From positions 15,748,001 to 15,812,000 of the forward strand of contig JBHGNT010000003.1 of NCBI GenBank assembly GCA_043228905.1: DNA of 64,000 nt, read 5' to 3'. Of this stretch, positions 1 to 10,800 are shown piece after piece. The translations under genes and the position numbers were made by a program. Within the stretch, counting starts at the first letter, position 1. The number at the start of each line of letters is the position of its first letter. Under the pieces are notes generated by a model that was not told the DNA's origin, did not search any database, and worked only from the letters and a program-made list of their open reading frames with translations. The DNA comes from Azolla caroliniana (lineage: Eukaryota > Plantae > Polypodiophyta).

Positions 1-1363
1 TGTTATACAAGTTCGGTATGGCTGAGTGCAAATACGCGGCAACCCCGCTTGATCGCAATCTCAAACTAGATGCAAACTCCGGCACCAAAGCGTGTGAGGC
101 GACTCAGTATCGGCAACTCATCGGGAGTCTCATCTACCCCACGATCACTCGGCCCGATCTCAGTTATCCGGTCGGTCTCCTTAGCCAATTCATGCAAACA
201 CCGCATGATACTCACTTGGATTGCGCTAAGTGAGTTCTACGAAACGTGAGTGGCACAATGGATTGCGGCATCCTCTACAAGACCATGATGCCAATACGAC
301 TTGAGGGGTACACAGACGCCGATTGGGCCGGCTACAAAGCCGATAGAAGATCAACCTCCGGATTTGTTTTTTCCCTTTTCCCTCGGCAGCGGAGCAATAT
401 CCTGGAGCAACAAAAAGCAACCAACCGTCGCTCTTTCGAGCACAAAGGTGGAATACAGGGGCGCGCCAGTGGCCGCATGTGAAGCCGTATGGCTCAAAAG
501 GATACTCAAGGATCTGGGTGTACCCATCAAGGATCTGACTTCCCTTTACTGCGACAACATGAGTTGTATCTATCTGGCTCGGAACCCGGTGTTCCACGCG
601 TGGACAAAGCACATCGAAGTGCATTATCACTTCATTGCGAGCGCGTTCTAGTTGGCAATGTCGACCTACAACACATTAGCACCAATCTTCAAACAGCCGA
701 CATCTTCACTAAAGCCTTAGGAGCCGACAAGCTATGGCAATTCATGACCGATCTCGGATTGACGATCCTTGACCTGCCAAGCTTGAGGGGGAGTATTGAA
801 GACACTACGCAATAACGCGTGGATTACACAACCATGCAACAAAGCCGCGAAGAGCCGATCTACCGCGCAAAGCCACGAAGAAAGACGCAAGCCGAAGCAC
901 AGACTTCGCAACTACGCACAACGCAAGCTGGGGCACGGATTCTGCAACTCTGTATAAATGCGAGTCGACGCGAGTTGACGCGGACTCCAGAACGCAAGTC
1001 GAAGCGGATTTTGGATACCGTCTGAAACCCTAAACCCGACTTGAGCTTGAGGGGGCGTGTTGAGAATCAAGCTCAACTTGGTCTAGTGTGTGAACTTACC
1101 TTGAGAGTGAATAGACACTCTAACGGTCAAGAGTCATCATTATGTCACCACTTTGTATTCTAGCATTTAGTATGAGTCATAGAATCATATTCTATGACAC
1201 ATAACTTATGAGCTTTCACATTCCCCATGCTCCATGAGTTTTGTGGTTAATGAAGAGAGAGGGTGACTATATAAAGCACCCTCCTCCCACCTTGTATAAT
1301 GTCGAGTCTTTCTCCTTTGTTAATATACTTTTACCTTGCGTATTCTCTGGTCTTACTCCTTGT

Positions 1364-1405
<42 letters not shown>

Positions 1406-1462
1406 CACACACACAGTTCATATCTATCCCGCTGCACAGAATCCATCTCTTGATTCTTTACA
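1..1462 (+). mobile_element. 3' part of a degenerate Ty1/copia element (RT end, RNase H, PPT, 3' LTR 1058-1462)
   Basis: Frameshifted RT/RNaseH motifs (TRPDLSYPVG, GYTDADWAG, TKHIEVHYHF, ADIFTKAL). PPT GAGGGGGCG at 1049-1057. LTR runs TGTTGAG...TTTACA, after which the host pol tail resumes. Confidence 0.88.
1369..1402. repeat. (CT)n microsatellite inside an LTR
   Basis: Uninterrupted CT run, followed by a short CA run. Confidence 0.9.
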
Positions 1463-2033
1463 GACGTGTACAAAAGACGGATCGGATTAACGAGAAATCC
1501 CATGCCAGAGTGAAGGGGGAGTTTGTTGAGAATTCGGTCCCTCCGAATGGGATCTGGTTGAGAACCAGAGGAGCCGGATCGTGTCGGGAACCCAACGTTC
1601 CTTATGCGCAAGGCTCAGCCACAACCGAGCTTAGAATGATACACAGAAAACGGGAAATAAACGAGACACAAAGAAGAGAAATGGTACACAGGAGGTTTAC
1701 GTGGAAAACCCCAAACTAGGGGAAAAACCACGGCAGCCCACAGGCTGCAAACTGTCACTATGTATGAATGCACACAAAAAAACAGTGAGTTCACGGAGGC
1801 AACAACCTCGGACTCACGCTCTTCGCCACAGGCGGCGGTTACAACAAAGACAGCGACCTCTTTCTCTCTCTGTACAACGTTACGCACACCACTCTCGTGC
1901 AAAACAGAAAATGACAACTACTCAAAGTTTGCCCTAAGTCATATTTATACTAATATGACTTTTCGGCTATTTACAAATATAGCCTCGATGGGCTCTCAGA
2001 AACATATTTACGAATATGTCTCTTCCTCCGGTT

Positions 2034-2240
2034 CTGCACCATCCGGCTCTCCGTAGCCGGGTACTCCTCATCCGGTTCACACCGGGCCTGCACCATCCGG
2101 CACTCCGTAGCCGGGTACTACTCATCCGGTTCATATCGGGTCTGTATCATCCGGCTCTCCGTAGCCGAGTACTACTCATCTGGTTCATACCGGGTCTGTA
2201 TCATCCGGCTCTCCGTAGCCGGGTACTTCTCATACCGTTT
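2034..2240. repeat. 54-bp CCGG-rich tandem repeat (~4 units) in U3 of element A (also at 13177-13380)
   Basis: Unit CTGCACCATCCGGCTCTCCGTAGCCGGGTACTCCTCATCCGGTTCACACCGGGC, present in both LTRs. Confidence 0.9.
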
Positions 2241-2346
2241 CGGCCTCGGCCGAGTTTGTGTTGGGATTACGGTCCCTCCGGATGGGATGGTCAAATGTCC
2301 GGGAATCGAGAATGAAGACCCGAATGAGGAGTACCCGGTATCGGAA

Positions 2347-2500
2347 CCGGATGATGAAGACCCCGGCTACAGAGCCGGATGACGAAGACCCGGTTTCGGA
2401 TCCGGATGATGAAGACCCCGGCTACGGAGCCGGATGACGAAGACCCGGTTTCGGATCCGGATGATGAAGACCCCGACTACGGAGCCGGATGACGAATGTA
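2347..2500 (+). repeat. 55-bp tandem repeat in U3 of element B (3 units in 5' LTR, 2 in 3' LTR)
   Basis: Unit CCGGATGATGAAGACCCCGGCTACGGAGCCGGATGACGAAGACCCGGTTTCGGAT, homologous to the reverse complement of A's 54-bp unit. Confidence 0.9.
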
Positions 2501-3012
2501 CCCGGAGAGAGATCCGGATGCGGATGTGGGGACATATTTGTGAATATGTTTGCCAAAGGCCCTCGAGGCTATATTTGTAAATAGCCCGAAAGTCATATGT
2601 GTATAAATATGACTTAGGGCAAACAGTTTTGTAGTTGTTGCTCATTTTTCTGTTTTCCACTTAGAGGGAGCGAAGTGAGAGCAGCCGAGAGAGAGAGTGA
2701 GAGAGAGAGAAAGGAAGAGGTCGACGCCTCTGTGTAATACCGCCGCCTGTGGCGAGGACAGCGAGCTCAAGGTCGTCGCCTTGCAGCTCGCCATTGTACA
2801 TTCCCTGCGTATAGTGATAGTTGGAGTCTTGCACTCCCGTGGTTTTTCCCGTCTAGGGTTTTCCACGCTAAACCCTGTGCATTCGAGTCTCTCTCTGTGT
2901 TTTGATTTACTTCTGCATTGATTCGTGTTTCCTCGGTTGTGGCCGAGAGGTGAAGGTTTTGAAAGCGTCCAATTTCTAACAATCTGGTATCACAGCGACT
3001 GCAGTGCAGAAA

Positions 3013-6000
3013 ATGGAAGGCGGCAGCAGCGGGCAGCCGGGGATGATGGTGCTCAATGCGCAGAACTACGCCGACTGGAAGATAAAGATGGAGGATCTGC
3101 TCATTGTTCGGGACTTGTATGAACCAATCGACAGGTCGGAAATACCCAAGGGGGTACTTGAGACGGAATGGAGGCTTCTGAACCGGAAAGCCGTTGCAAC
3201 CATTCGGCAATACGTCGACGTGAGCGTTCTACAACATGTGGCGAACGACACCAACGCATATGAGATGTGGCCGAAGCTGTCGGGCCTCTACGAGAGGAAG
3301 AATGCGTTGAACCGGACCTCCCTGATGAGGAAGATAGTGAACCTCAAGTACCGGGACGGCGAGAGTATGGTGGAACACGTAAGCACGTTCATGGGATTCG
3401 TGAACCAGCTTGCGGCGATCAAGTTCCCGTTGGAGGATGCAATGCAAGCCATCATGCTGATGTGTACATTGCCGGAAAGCTGGGAGAACTTGGTGGTGAC
3501 TCTCAGCACCTCCTGCACCGAAGATAACTTGTCCTTACAAACGGTAAAGATAAGCATCTTGAACGAAGAAGCGCGTCGGAGAGATAAAGAACCGGCCTCC
3601 GATCCGAAGATGCTGCTTACCGAATCGGATCGGGGAAGACAACGGAACCGGAGTCCGCAAAGACGGGAGAAGTCGGGGACCCGGTCGCAGTCAAGAGGAA
3701 GGCCCACATGCTTCCACTGTGGGAAGCCGGGGCACTTCCGAAAGAATTGCCGGCATTACCGAAAAGACAATGGAGCCGACGACACCGATTCGAAGAAGTC
3801 TTCGGAACGGAACGGTGCTTACCGGGGAGCCACGGACCGGAATGGTTCGGATCGGCGAGGGCAGGACCGGAAAGGAACGGCGGCACTCGCGGCAAGTGAA
3901 GAGGAGATCATGCTCATCACCGAAGAAAGTGAACTAAACATTGCCGGCGATGAGACTACCTGGGTGGTCGATTCCGGAGCGTCGTTCCACCTGACCCCGG
4001 AAAGAAGATACTTCTCATCCTACACAGCCGGTGAGCATGGCTGTGTTCGGATGGGAAATGAAGGTACGTGCCGGATTGCCGGCATAGGAGACGTGTGGTT
4101 GACAACCTCGACCGGATGCAAAATGTTGCTGAAGGATGTCCGACACGTTCCGGAGGTTCGATTGAACCTGATTTCGGCCGGGAGGCTAGACGATGAAGGC
4201 TACACAGGTAGCATCCGGAAATGCGTAATGAAGTTCAGCAAGGGGAGCCTGATAGTGGCTCGGGCCCGGAAGGTCAACACACTGTACCTTATGAATGCCT
4301 GGTTATGTCCGGAGGAGTTGAACGTGGCAGCCGACACTGCCAGTGAGCTGTGGCACAAGAGACTGTGCCACATGAGTGAGAAGGGGATGAAGAGGCTTGC
4401 AGAAGACAACCTTATTCCAGTGAAGCATGTGCACCTGGAGAAGTGCACCGATTGCCTGGCCGGTAAGCAAAACCGAACCTCCTTCCACTCAAGGCCACCG
4501 ACGAGACGTAGCGCACCATTGGAGTTGGTGCACACTGACGTGTGTCAAGTAGAAACGAAGTCACATGGCGGAGCCCAGTACTTCGTGACATTCATTGATG
4601 ACCACAGCCGGAAGCTGTGGACGGCACCGTTGAAGAAAAAGGACCAAGTGTTGTGCGTTTTCAAAGAACTCCACGCGAGAGTGGAAAGGGAATCCGGCAA
4701 GAAGCTGAAAGCGATACGAGCGGATAACGGAGGGGAATACCGGGGGCAGTTCGAGGAGTACTGTCGCTCGAAGGGAATCCGGCTCGAGTTTACTGTGCCG
4801 AAGACGCCGGAACTGAACGGGCTGGCCGAGAGGATGAACCGGACCATAATGGAGAGGGTCCGGAGTATGCTGGCGCATGCGAAATTACCCAAGGGGTTTT
4901 GGGCTGAGGCAATGTCGACGGCGACATACGTGATAAACAGATCACCCTCAGTACCTTTGGACGGAGACATGCCGCAGAGAGTGTGGACCGGCAGGGAAGT
5001 ATCCTACCGGCATCTGAAGGTGTTCGGGTGTCTCGCATATGTGCATGTGGCAAAGGACCGGAGAGGAAAGCTAGATCCAAAGACCCGGCCATGCATATTC
5101 CTCGGTTACGGCGATGACGAGTTCGGCTACCGAGTATGGGACCCGGTCGACAAAAAGATATTCCGGAGTCGTGATATCATCTTCATGGAGGACAAGACAC
5201 TCGCCGACTGGGAGTCGGAGAAGAAGATGAAGAGCTCCAAGTCGACCGGTGAGGATCAACTCTACGAGGAGCAGTCCCGACCGGCAAGGGACCGGTTAGC
5301 ACTCGAGGACCCGGCCGAAGACGGTGAAGAAACAGAACCGGCCGAGGAAGATGAAACTGATACCGGAACCGGCCCCGATCCCGAAATGGATTCGGATGAA
5401 GAGGAAACGGAGGAGCCGGTTACCGAAGCTCCGGAACGGAGATATCCTCTAAGAGAGAGAAGGGCCCCCCGGAGATTTCCGAAACCAGAGCACGTGCTGC
5501 TAACCGACGAGGGGGAGCCGGAGAGTTTTGAAGAAGCAAAGCTTGACACCCATAGCCGCAGGTGGTTAAGTGCCATGCAGGAGGAGATGGATTCCCTGCA
5601 TGAGAACCACACATATGAACTTGTGGAGTTGCCGAAAGGAAAGCGGGCACTTCGAAACAAGTGGGTGTTCAAGCTGAAACCGGGAGATGCCGGAAACCCC
5701 CCGAGATACAAAGCCAGGATCGTGGTGAAGGGGTTCCAGCAGAAGAAGGGTGTCGACTTCAACGAGATATTTGCCCCGGTAGTGAAGATGACCTCCATCC
5801 GGACGGTGCTGAGCATAGCGGCAAGCATGGACCTCGAGGTAGAACAGATGGACGTGAAGACGGCATTCCTTCACGGTGACCTCGAAGAAGAGATCTACAT
5901 GCAGCAACCGGAAGGATTCGAGAAGAAAGGGAAGGAGCACCTGGTATGCCGGTTGAAGAAGAGCCTTTACGGACTGAAGCAGGCTCCCCGGCAATGGTAC

Positions 6001-7086
6001 CGGAAGTTCGACTCTTTCATGACCGACGAAGGGTACCACAAAACGCAGTCCGATCACTGCGTGTTTGTGAAGAAGTTCGAAGGAGGAGACTTTCTAATAC
6101 TCCTCCTGTACGTGGACGACATGTTGATCGTCGGACGGGACCAGGGCAAGATACGGATGCTGAAGAAAGCGCTTCACCGAACCTTCTCAATGAAGGACTT
6201 GGGTCCGGCGAGGCAAATACTAGGGATGCACATCATCCGGGACCGGAAGAAGAAGCAGTTGTGGCTGTCACAGGAGAAGTACGTGACAAAGGTGCTTCAC
6301 CGGTTCAACATGTCGGAAGCAAGACCGGTCGGGTCAACCCTCCCGGCAAACTGCAAATTGTCCAGCAAGCAAAGCCCCAAGACAAAGGCTGAGAAGGAGG
6401 ACATGATGAAAGTACCATATGCCTCTGCCGTCGGAAGCTTGATGTACGCAATGGTGTGTACAAGACCGGACATAGGATATGCAGTCGGAGTGGTGAGCCG
6501 GTACATGAGCAATCCCGGCAAAGAGCACTGGAACGCGGCCAAGTGGATACTCCGATACCTGAAGGGCACGGCAAACGTGTGCCTCCGATTCGGCTCCGGT
6601 AAGCCCGAAATCGACGGCTTTACCGATTCGGATATGTCGGCTGATGCAGATACCAGCCGGTCCACATCAGGGTATGTGATGACGTATGCAGGGGGAGCTG
6701 TTTCGTGGCAGTCGAGGCTGCAGAAGACGGTTGCGTTGTCGACCACGGAGGCGGAGTACATGGCGGCTGTTGAAGCCGGCAAGGAAATAATATGGATGAA
6801 GGACTTCATTAGAGAGCTCGGTATCCGGCAGGAGGAGTACCGACTCTACTGCGACAGTCAGAGTGCCATCCACCTTGCGAAGAATGCGGCCTATCACTCC
6901 CGGACGAAGCACATCCAGCGAAGATATCACTGGATCCGGGAAAGGATAGAAGACCAGGAGTTCGTGCTGACGAAGATCCACACGGACGAGAACGGGTCAG
7001 ATATGCTGACCAAAGTGCTCACACCCGACAAGCTGGAAGCGTGCCGGAAGAGGGTCGGACTGGAAAGACATCCCATGCCGAAGTGA
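3013..7086 (+). CDS. Intact copia Gag-Pol polyprotein (1357 aa from ATG 3013)
   Basis: Zinc knuckle CFHCGKPGHFRKNC; protease WVVDSGASFH; integrase WHKRLCH...CTDC, VHTD, ADNGGEY, NGLAER; RT LYVDDML; RNaseH FTDSD, TKHI. No stops. Confidence 0.97.
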   Translation: MEGGSSGQPGMMVLNAQNYADWKIKMEDLLIVRDLYEPIDRSEIPKGVLETEWRLLNRKAVATIRQYVDVSVLQHVANDTNAYEMWPKLSGLYERKNALNRTSLMRKIVNLKYRDGESMVEHVSTFMGFVNQLAAIKFPLEDAMQAIMLMCTLPESWENLVVTLSTSCTEDNLSLQTVKISILNEEARRRDKEPASDPKMLLTESDRGRQRNRSPQRREKSGTRSQSRGRPTCFHCGKPGHFRKNCRHYRKDNGADDTDSKKSSERNGAYRGATDRNGSDRRGQDRKGTAALAASEEEIMLITEESELNIAGDETTWVVDSGASFHLTPERRYFSSYTAGEHGCVRMGNEGTCRIAGIGDVWLTTSTGCKMLLKDVRHVPEVRLNLISAGRLDDEGYTGSIRKCVMKFSKGSLIVARARKVNTLYLMNAWLCPEELNVAADTASELWHKRLCHMSEKGMKRLAEDNLIPVKHVHLEKCTDCLAGKQNRTSFHSRPPTRRSAPLELVHTDVCQVETKSHGGAQYFVTFIDDHSRKLWTAPLKKKDQVLCVFKELHARVERESGKKLKAIRADNGGEYRGQFEEYCRSKGIRLEFTVPKTPELNGLAERMNRTIMERVRSMLAHAKLPKGFWAEAMSTATYVINRSPSVPLDGDMPQRVWTGREVSYRHLKVFGCLAYVHVAKDRRGKLDPKTRPCIFLGYGDDEFGYRVWDPVDKKIFRSRDIIFMEDKTLADWESEKKMKSSKSTGEDQLYEEQSRPARDRLALEDPAEDGEETEPAEEDETDTGTGPDPEMDSDEEETEEPVTEAPERRYPLRERRAPRRFPKPEHVLLTDEGEPESFEEAKLDTHSRRWLSAMQEEMDSLHENHTYELVELPKGKRALRNKWVFKLKPGDAGNPPRYKARIVVKGFQQKKGVDFNEIFAPVVKMTSIRTVLSIAASMDLEVEQMDVKTAFLHGDLEEEIYMQQPEGFEKKGKEHLVCRLKKSLYGLKQAPRQWYRKFDSFMTDEGYHKTQSDHCVFVKKFEGGDFLILLLYVDDMLIVGRDQGKIRMLKKALHRTFSMKDLGPARQILGMHIIRDRKKKQLWLSQEKYVTKVLHRFNMSEARPVGSTLPANCKLSSKQSPKTKAEKEDMMKVPYASAVGSLMYAMVCTRPDIGYAVGVVSRYMSNPGKEHWNAAKWILRYLKGTANVCLRFGSGKPEIDGFTDSDMSADADTSRSTSGYVMTYAGGAVSWQSRLQKTVALSTTEAEYMAAVEAGKEIIWMKDFIRELGIRQEEYRLYCDSQSAIHLAKNAAYHSRTKHIQRRYHWIRERIEDQEFVLTKIHTDENGSDMLTKVLTPDKLEACRKRVGLERHPMPK

Positions 7087-7832
7087 AGGGGGAGTTTGTT
7101 GGGATTACGGTCCCTCCGGATGGGATGGTCAGATGTCCGGGAATCGGGAATGAAGACCCGAATGAGGAGTACCCGGTATCGGAACCGGATGATGAAGACC
7201 CCGGCTACGGAGCCGGATGACGAAGACCCGGTTTCGGATCCGGATGATGAAGACCCCGGCTACGGAGCCGGATGACGAATGTACCCGGAGAGAGATCCGG
7301 ATGCGGATGTGGGGACATATTTGTGAATATGTTTGCCAAAGGCCCTCGAGGCTATATTTGTAAATAGCCCGAAAGTCATATGTGTATAAATATGACTTAG
7401 GGCAAACAGTTTTGTAGTTGTTGCTCATTTTTCTGTTTTCCACTTAGAGGGAGCGAAGTGAGAGCAGCCGAGAGAGAGAGTGAGAGAGAGAGAAAGGAAG
7501 AGGTCGACGCCTCTGTGTAATACCGCCGCCTGTGGCGAGGACAGCGAGCTCAAGGTCGTTGCCTTGCAGCTCGCCATTGTACATTCCCTGCGTATAGTGA
7601 TAGTTGGAGTCTTGCACTCCCGTGGTTTTTCCCGTCTAGGGTTTTCCACGCTAAACCCTGTGCATTCGAGTCTCTCTCTGTGTTTTGATTTACTTCTGCA
7701 TTGATTCGTGTTTCCTCGGTTGTGGCCGAGAGGTGAAGGTTTTGAAAGCGTCCAATTTCTAACAGTTTGTTCGTCGGCCCTGTTCTTCTCCCTTCCCATC
7801 CGGAGGAACCTGTCTCCCAACAAACTCCCCCT

Positions 7833-10800
7833 TCACTCCGGCATGGGGTGTCTTACCAGTCTGATTCTCTTCCGGCATGCATCCAGCTTGTCGGGTGTCA
7901 GCACTTTGGTCAGCATATCTGACCCGTTCTCGGCCGTGTGGATCTTCGTCAGTGCGAACTCCTGGTCATCTACTCTTTCCCGGATCCAGTGATACCTCCG
8001 CTGGATATGCTTTGTCCGGGAATGGTAGGCCGCAGTTTTAGCAAGGTGGATGGCACTTTGACTGTCGCAATAGAGTCGGTATTCCTCTTGCCGTATACCG
8101 AGCTCTCCGATGAAGTCCTTCATCCATAAAATTTCCTTGCCGGCTTCCACAGCCGCCATGTACTCCGCCTCCGTGGTTGACAATGCAACCGTCTTCTGCA
8201 GCCTCGACTGCCACGAAACAGCTCTCCCTGCATATGTCATTACATACCCGGATGTAGACCGGCTGGTATCCACATCAGCCGACATGTCCGAATCGGTGAA
8301 ACCGTCCAGTTGAGGTTTTCCAGAGCCGAATCGGAGACACATATTTGAAGTGCCCTTCAAATACCGGAGTATCCATTTGACTGCGTTCTAGTGCTCCTTG
8401 TCGGGATTACTCATGAACCGGCTCACCACTCCGACTGCGTGTCCAATATCTGGTCGGGTACAAACCATTGCGTACATCAAGCTCCCGACGGCAGAGGCAT
8501 ATGGAATCTTCATCATATCTGCCTTCTCTCCTTTCTTCTTCGGGCTTTGCTTGCCGGATAGCTTGCAGTTTGCCGGAAGTGTCGATCCGACCGGTTTCGC
8601 ATCTGACATGTTGAACCGGTGAAGTACCTTTGTCACGTACTTCTCCTGTGACAACCATAATTGCTTCACTGACCGGTCCCGAATGATGTGCATCCCCAGC
8701 ATCTGTCTTGCCGGACCCAAGTCTTTCATTGAGAAGGTCCGGTTGAGAGCCTTCTTCAGCATCCGTATTTCGACTTGGTCCCGTCCGACGATCAACATGT
8801 CATCCACGTACAGGAGGAGTATCAGGAAGTCCCCTCCTTCGAACTTCTTCACAAACACGCAGTGATCGGTCTGCGTCTTGTGGTACCCTTGATCGGTCAT
8901 GAAGGAGTCGAACTTCCGATACCATTGTTGGGGAGCCTGCTTCAGTCCGTACAGGCTCTTCTTCAACCGGCATACCAGGTGCTCCTTCCCTTTCTCCACA
9001 AATCCTTCCGGTTGCTGCATGTAGATCTCCTCTTCGAGGTCGCCGTGAAGGAATGCCGTCTTCACGTCCAGCTGCTCTACCTCGAGGTCCATGCTTGCTG
9101 CTATACTCAGCACCGTCCGGATGGAGGTCATCTTTACTACCGGGGCGAATATCTCGTCGAAGTCCATGCCCTTCTTCTGCTGGAACCCCTTCACCACGAT
9201 CTTGGCTTTGTATCTCGGGGGGTTGCCGGCATCTCCCGGTTTCAACTTGTACACCCACTTGTTTCGGAGTGCCCGCTTTCCTTTCGGCAACTCCACTAAT
9301 TCGTATGTATGGTTCTCATGCAGGGAATCCATCTCGTCCTGCATGGCACTTAACCATTTTCGGCTGTGGGTGTCTTCCTTCACTTCTTCGAAGCTTTCCG
9401 GCTCCCCCTCATCGGTCAGCAGAACATGCTCTGCATCCGGAAATCTCCGGGGGGCCCTTCTCTCTCTGAGAGGATATCTACGTCTTCGGGCTTCGGTAAC
9501 CAGCTCCTCCATTTTATCTTCATCCGAATCCGATTCGGGGTCTTGGCCAGTTCCGGTCTCAGCTTCCTCTACTTCTTCTTCTGCCGGTTCGGTATCCTCA
9601 CCGTAACCGGCTGGTTCCTCGAGTGCTAACCGGTCTCTTGCCGGTTGGGTCTGCTCATTGTAGAGTCTATCCTTACCAGTCGACTCAGAGTTCATTGTCT
9701 TCTTCTCCGACTCCCAGTCGGTGAGCGTCTTGTCCTCCATGAAGATAATATCTCGACTCCGGAATACCTTCTTGTCGACCGGGTCCCACACTCGGTAGCC
9801 GAACTCATCGTCACCGTAACCGAGGAATATGCATGGTCGGGTCTTTGGATCTAACTTTCCTCTCCGGTCCTTTGCTACATGCACGTACGCGAGACACCCG
9901 AACACCCTCAGATGCCGGTAGGATACTTCCTTACCGGTTCACACTCTCTGTGGCGTGTCTCCGTCCAAGGGTACTGAGGGTGATCTATTAATCACATATG
10001 TCGCCGTCGACAGTGCCTCGGCCCAAAACTTCTTGGGTAGGTTTGCATGCGCTAGCATACTCCGGACCCTCTCCATTATGGTCCGGTTCATCCTCTCGGC
10101 CAGTCCGTTTAGTTCCGGCGTCTTCGGCACGGTAAATTCGAGCCGGATTCCCTTCGAGCGGCAGTACTCCTCGAACTGCCCCCGGTATTCTCCTCCGTTA
10201 TCTGCTCGAACCGCCTTCAGCTTCCGGCCGGTTTCTCTTTCCACTCTCGCGTTGTCGTGAAGAAAACCGTCCATAAGCGGAATCGGCGCACCAAGGCGTG
10301 GGAACCGGTTCTTCACGCGCGCACGCTCCAAGTTGTACATAGAAGCGAATTAGGAGGATAATCGGCAGGAACGGGCCCTAACACAAGTGGAGACAAAGAC
10401 CGCGCGAACAGTCTTTTCGGTCGCGCGCGCGAGCTAAGGAACTGTACGAGTCGGCGGCGTAACTACGCGGATGCGTGAAGAACGGAGCGGATCCCTGTCC
10501 AAAAGGGACAGGGAATAAAGTTGACATGACGGCCTGCTCGTCGGCCTATATAAGGAGCAGGAAAGAGCTGTTGCAGGTATCTCGCGCAGAGAGGACGAAG
10601 TGCTGTCGGACCGTTTCTGGACACTTCTCTCTCTGTTTCCTTCCTTCTTGAGCTCCATAGCTTTTCTGTGCAGGGTTCCGAGGAGGCTCGCGCTGTTTCT
10701 AGGAACGCCCGAGTGCTTCCGGCAGCACCTCCGACCTGCTATCCCTTTGTGCGTCGAAGCGAACAAGCATCGGCATCTGTTCGCCGGCCTGTTCGGTTGT

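Larger units (their letters stand above)
2259..7764 (+). mobile_element. Element B: intact, young Tork/Tnt1-like Ty1/copia
   Basis: 5' LTR 2259-2981, 3' LTR 7097-7764, about 4-5 transitions plus one 55-bp unit difference. TSD GTTTG (2254-2258/7765-7769). PBS TGGTATCACAGC 2985-2996 (one mismatch to tRNA-iMet). PPT ~7085-7094. Confidence 0.97.

Noticed and set aside
1025-1037. AAACCCTAAACCC telomere-like motif
   Set aside because: Under two units and inside a TE, so not an interstitial telomere.
2034-2500. Regular repeats resembling a CRISPR array
   Set aside because: There are no unique spacers or cas genes. These are U3 tandem repeats present in both LTRs of each element.
5262-9606. Long antisense ORFs (5262-5828, 9091-9606 and similar) conserved between A and B
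   Set aside because: They are shadows of a GC-rich pol reading frame in near-identical elements, with no independent motif.
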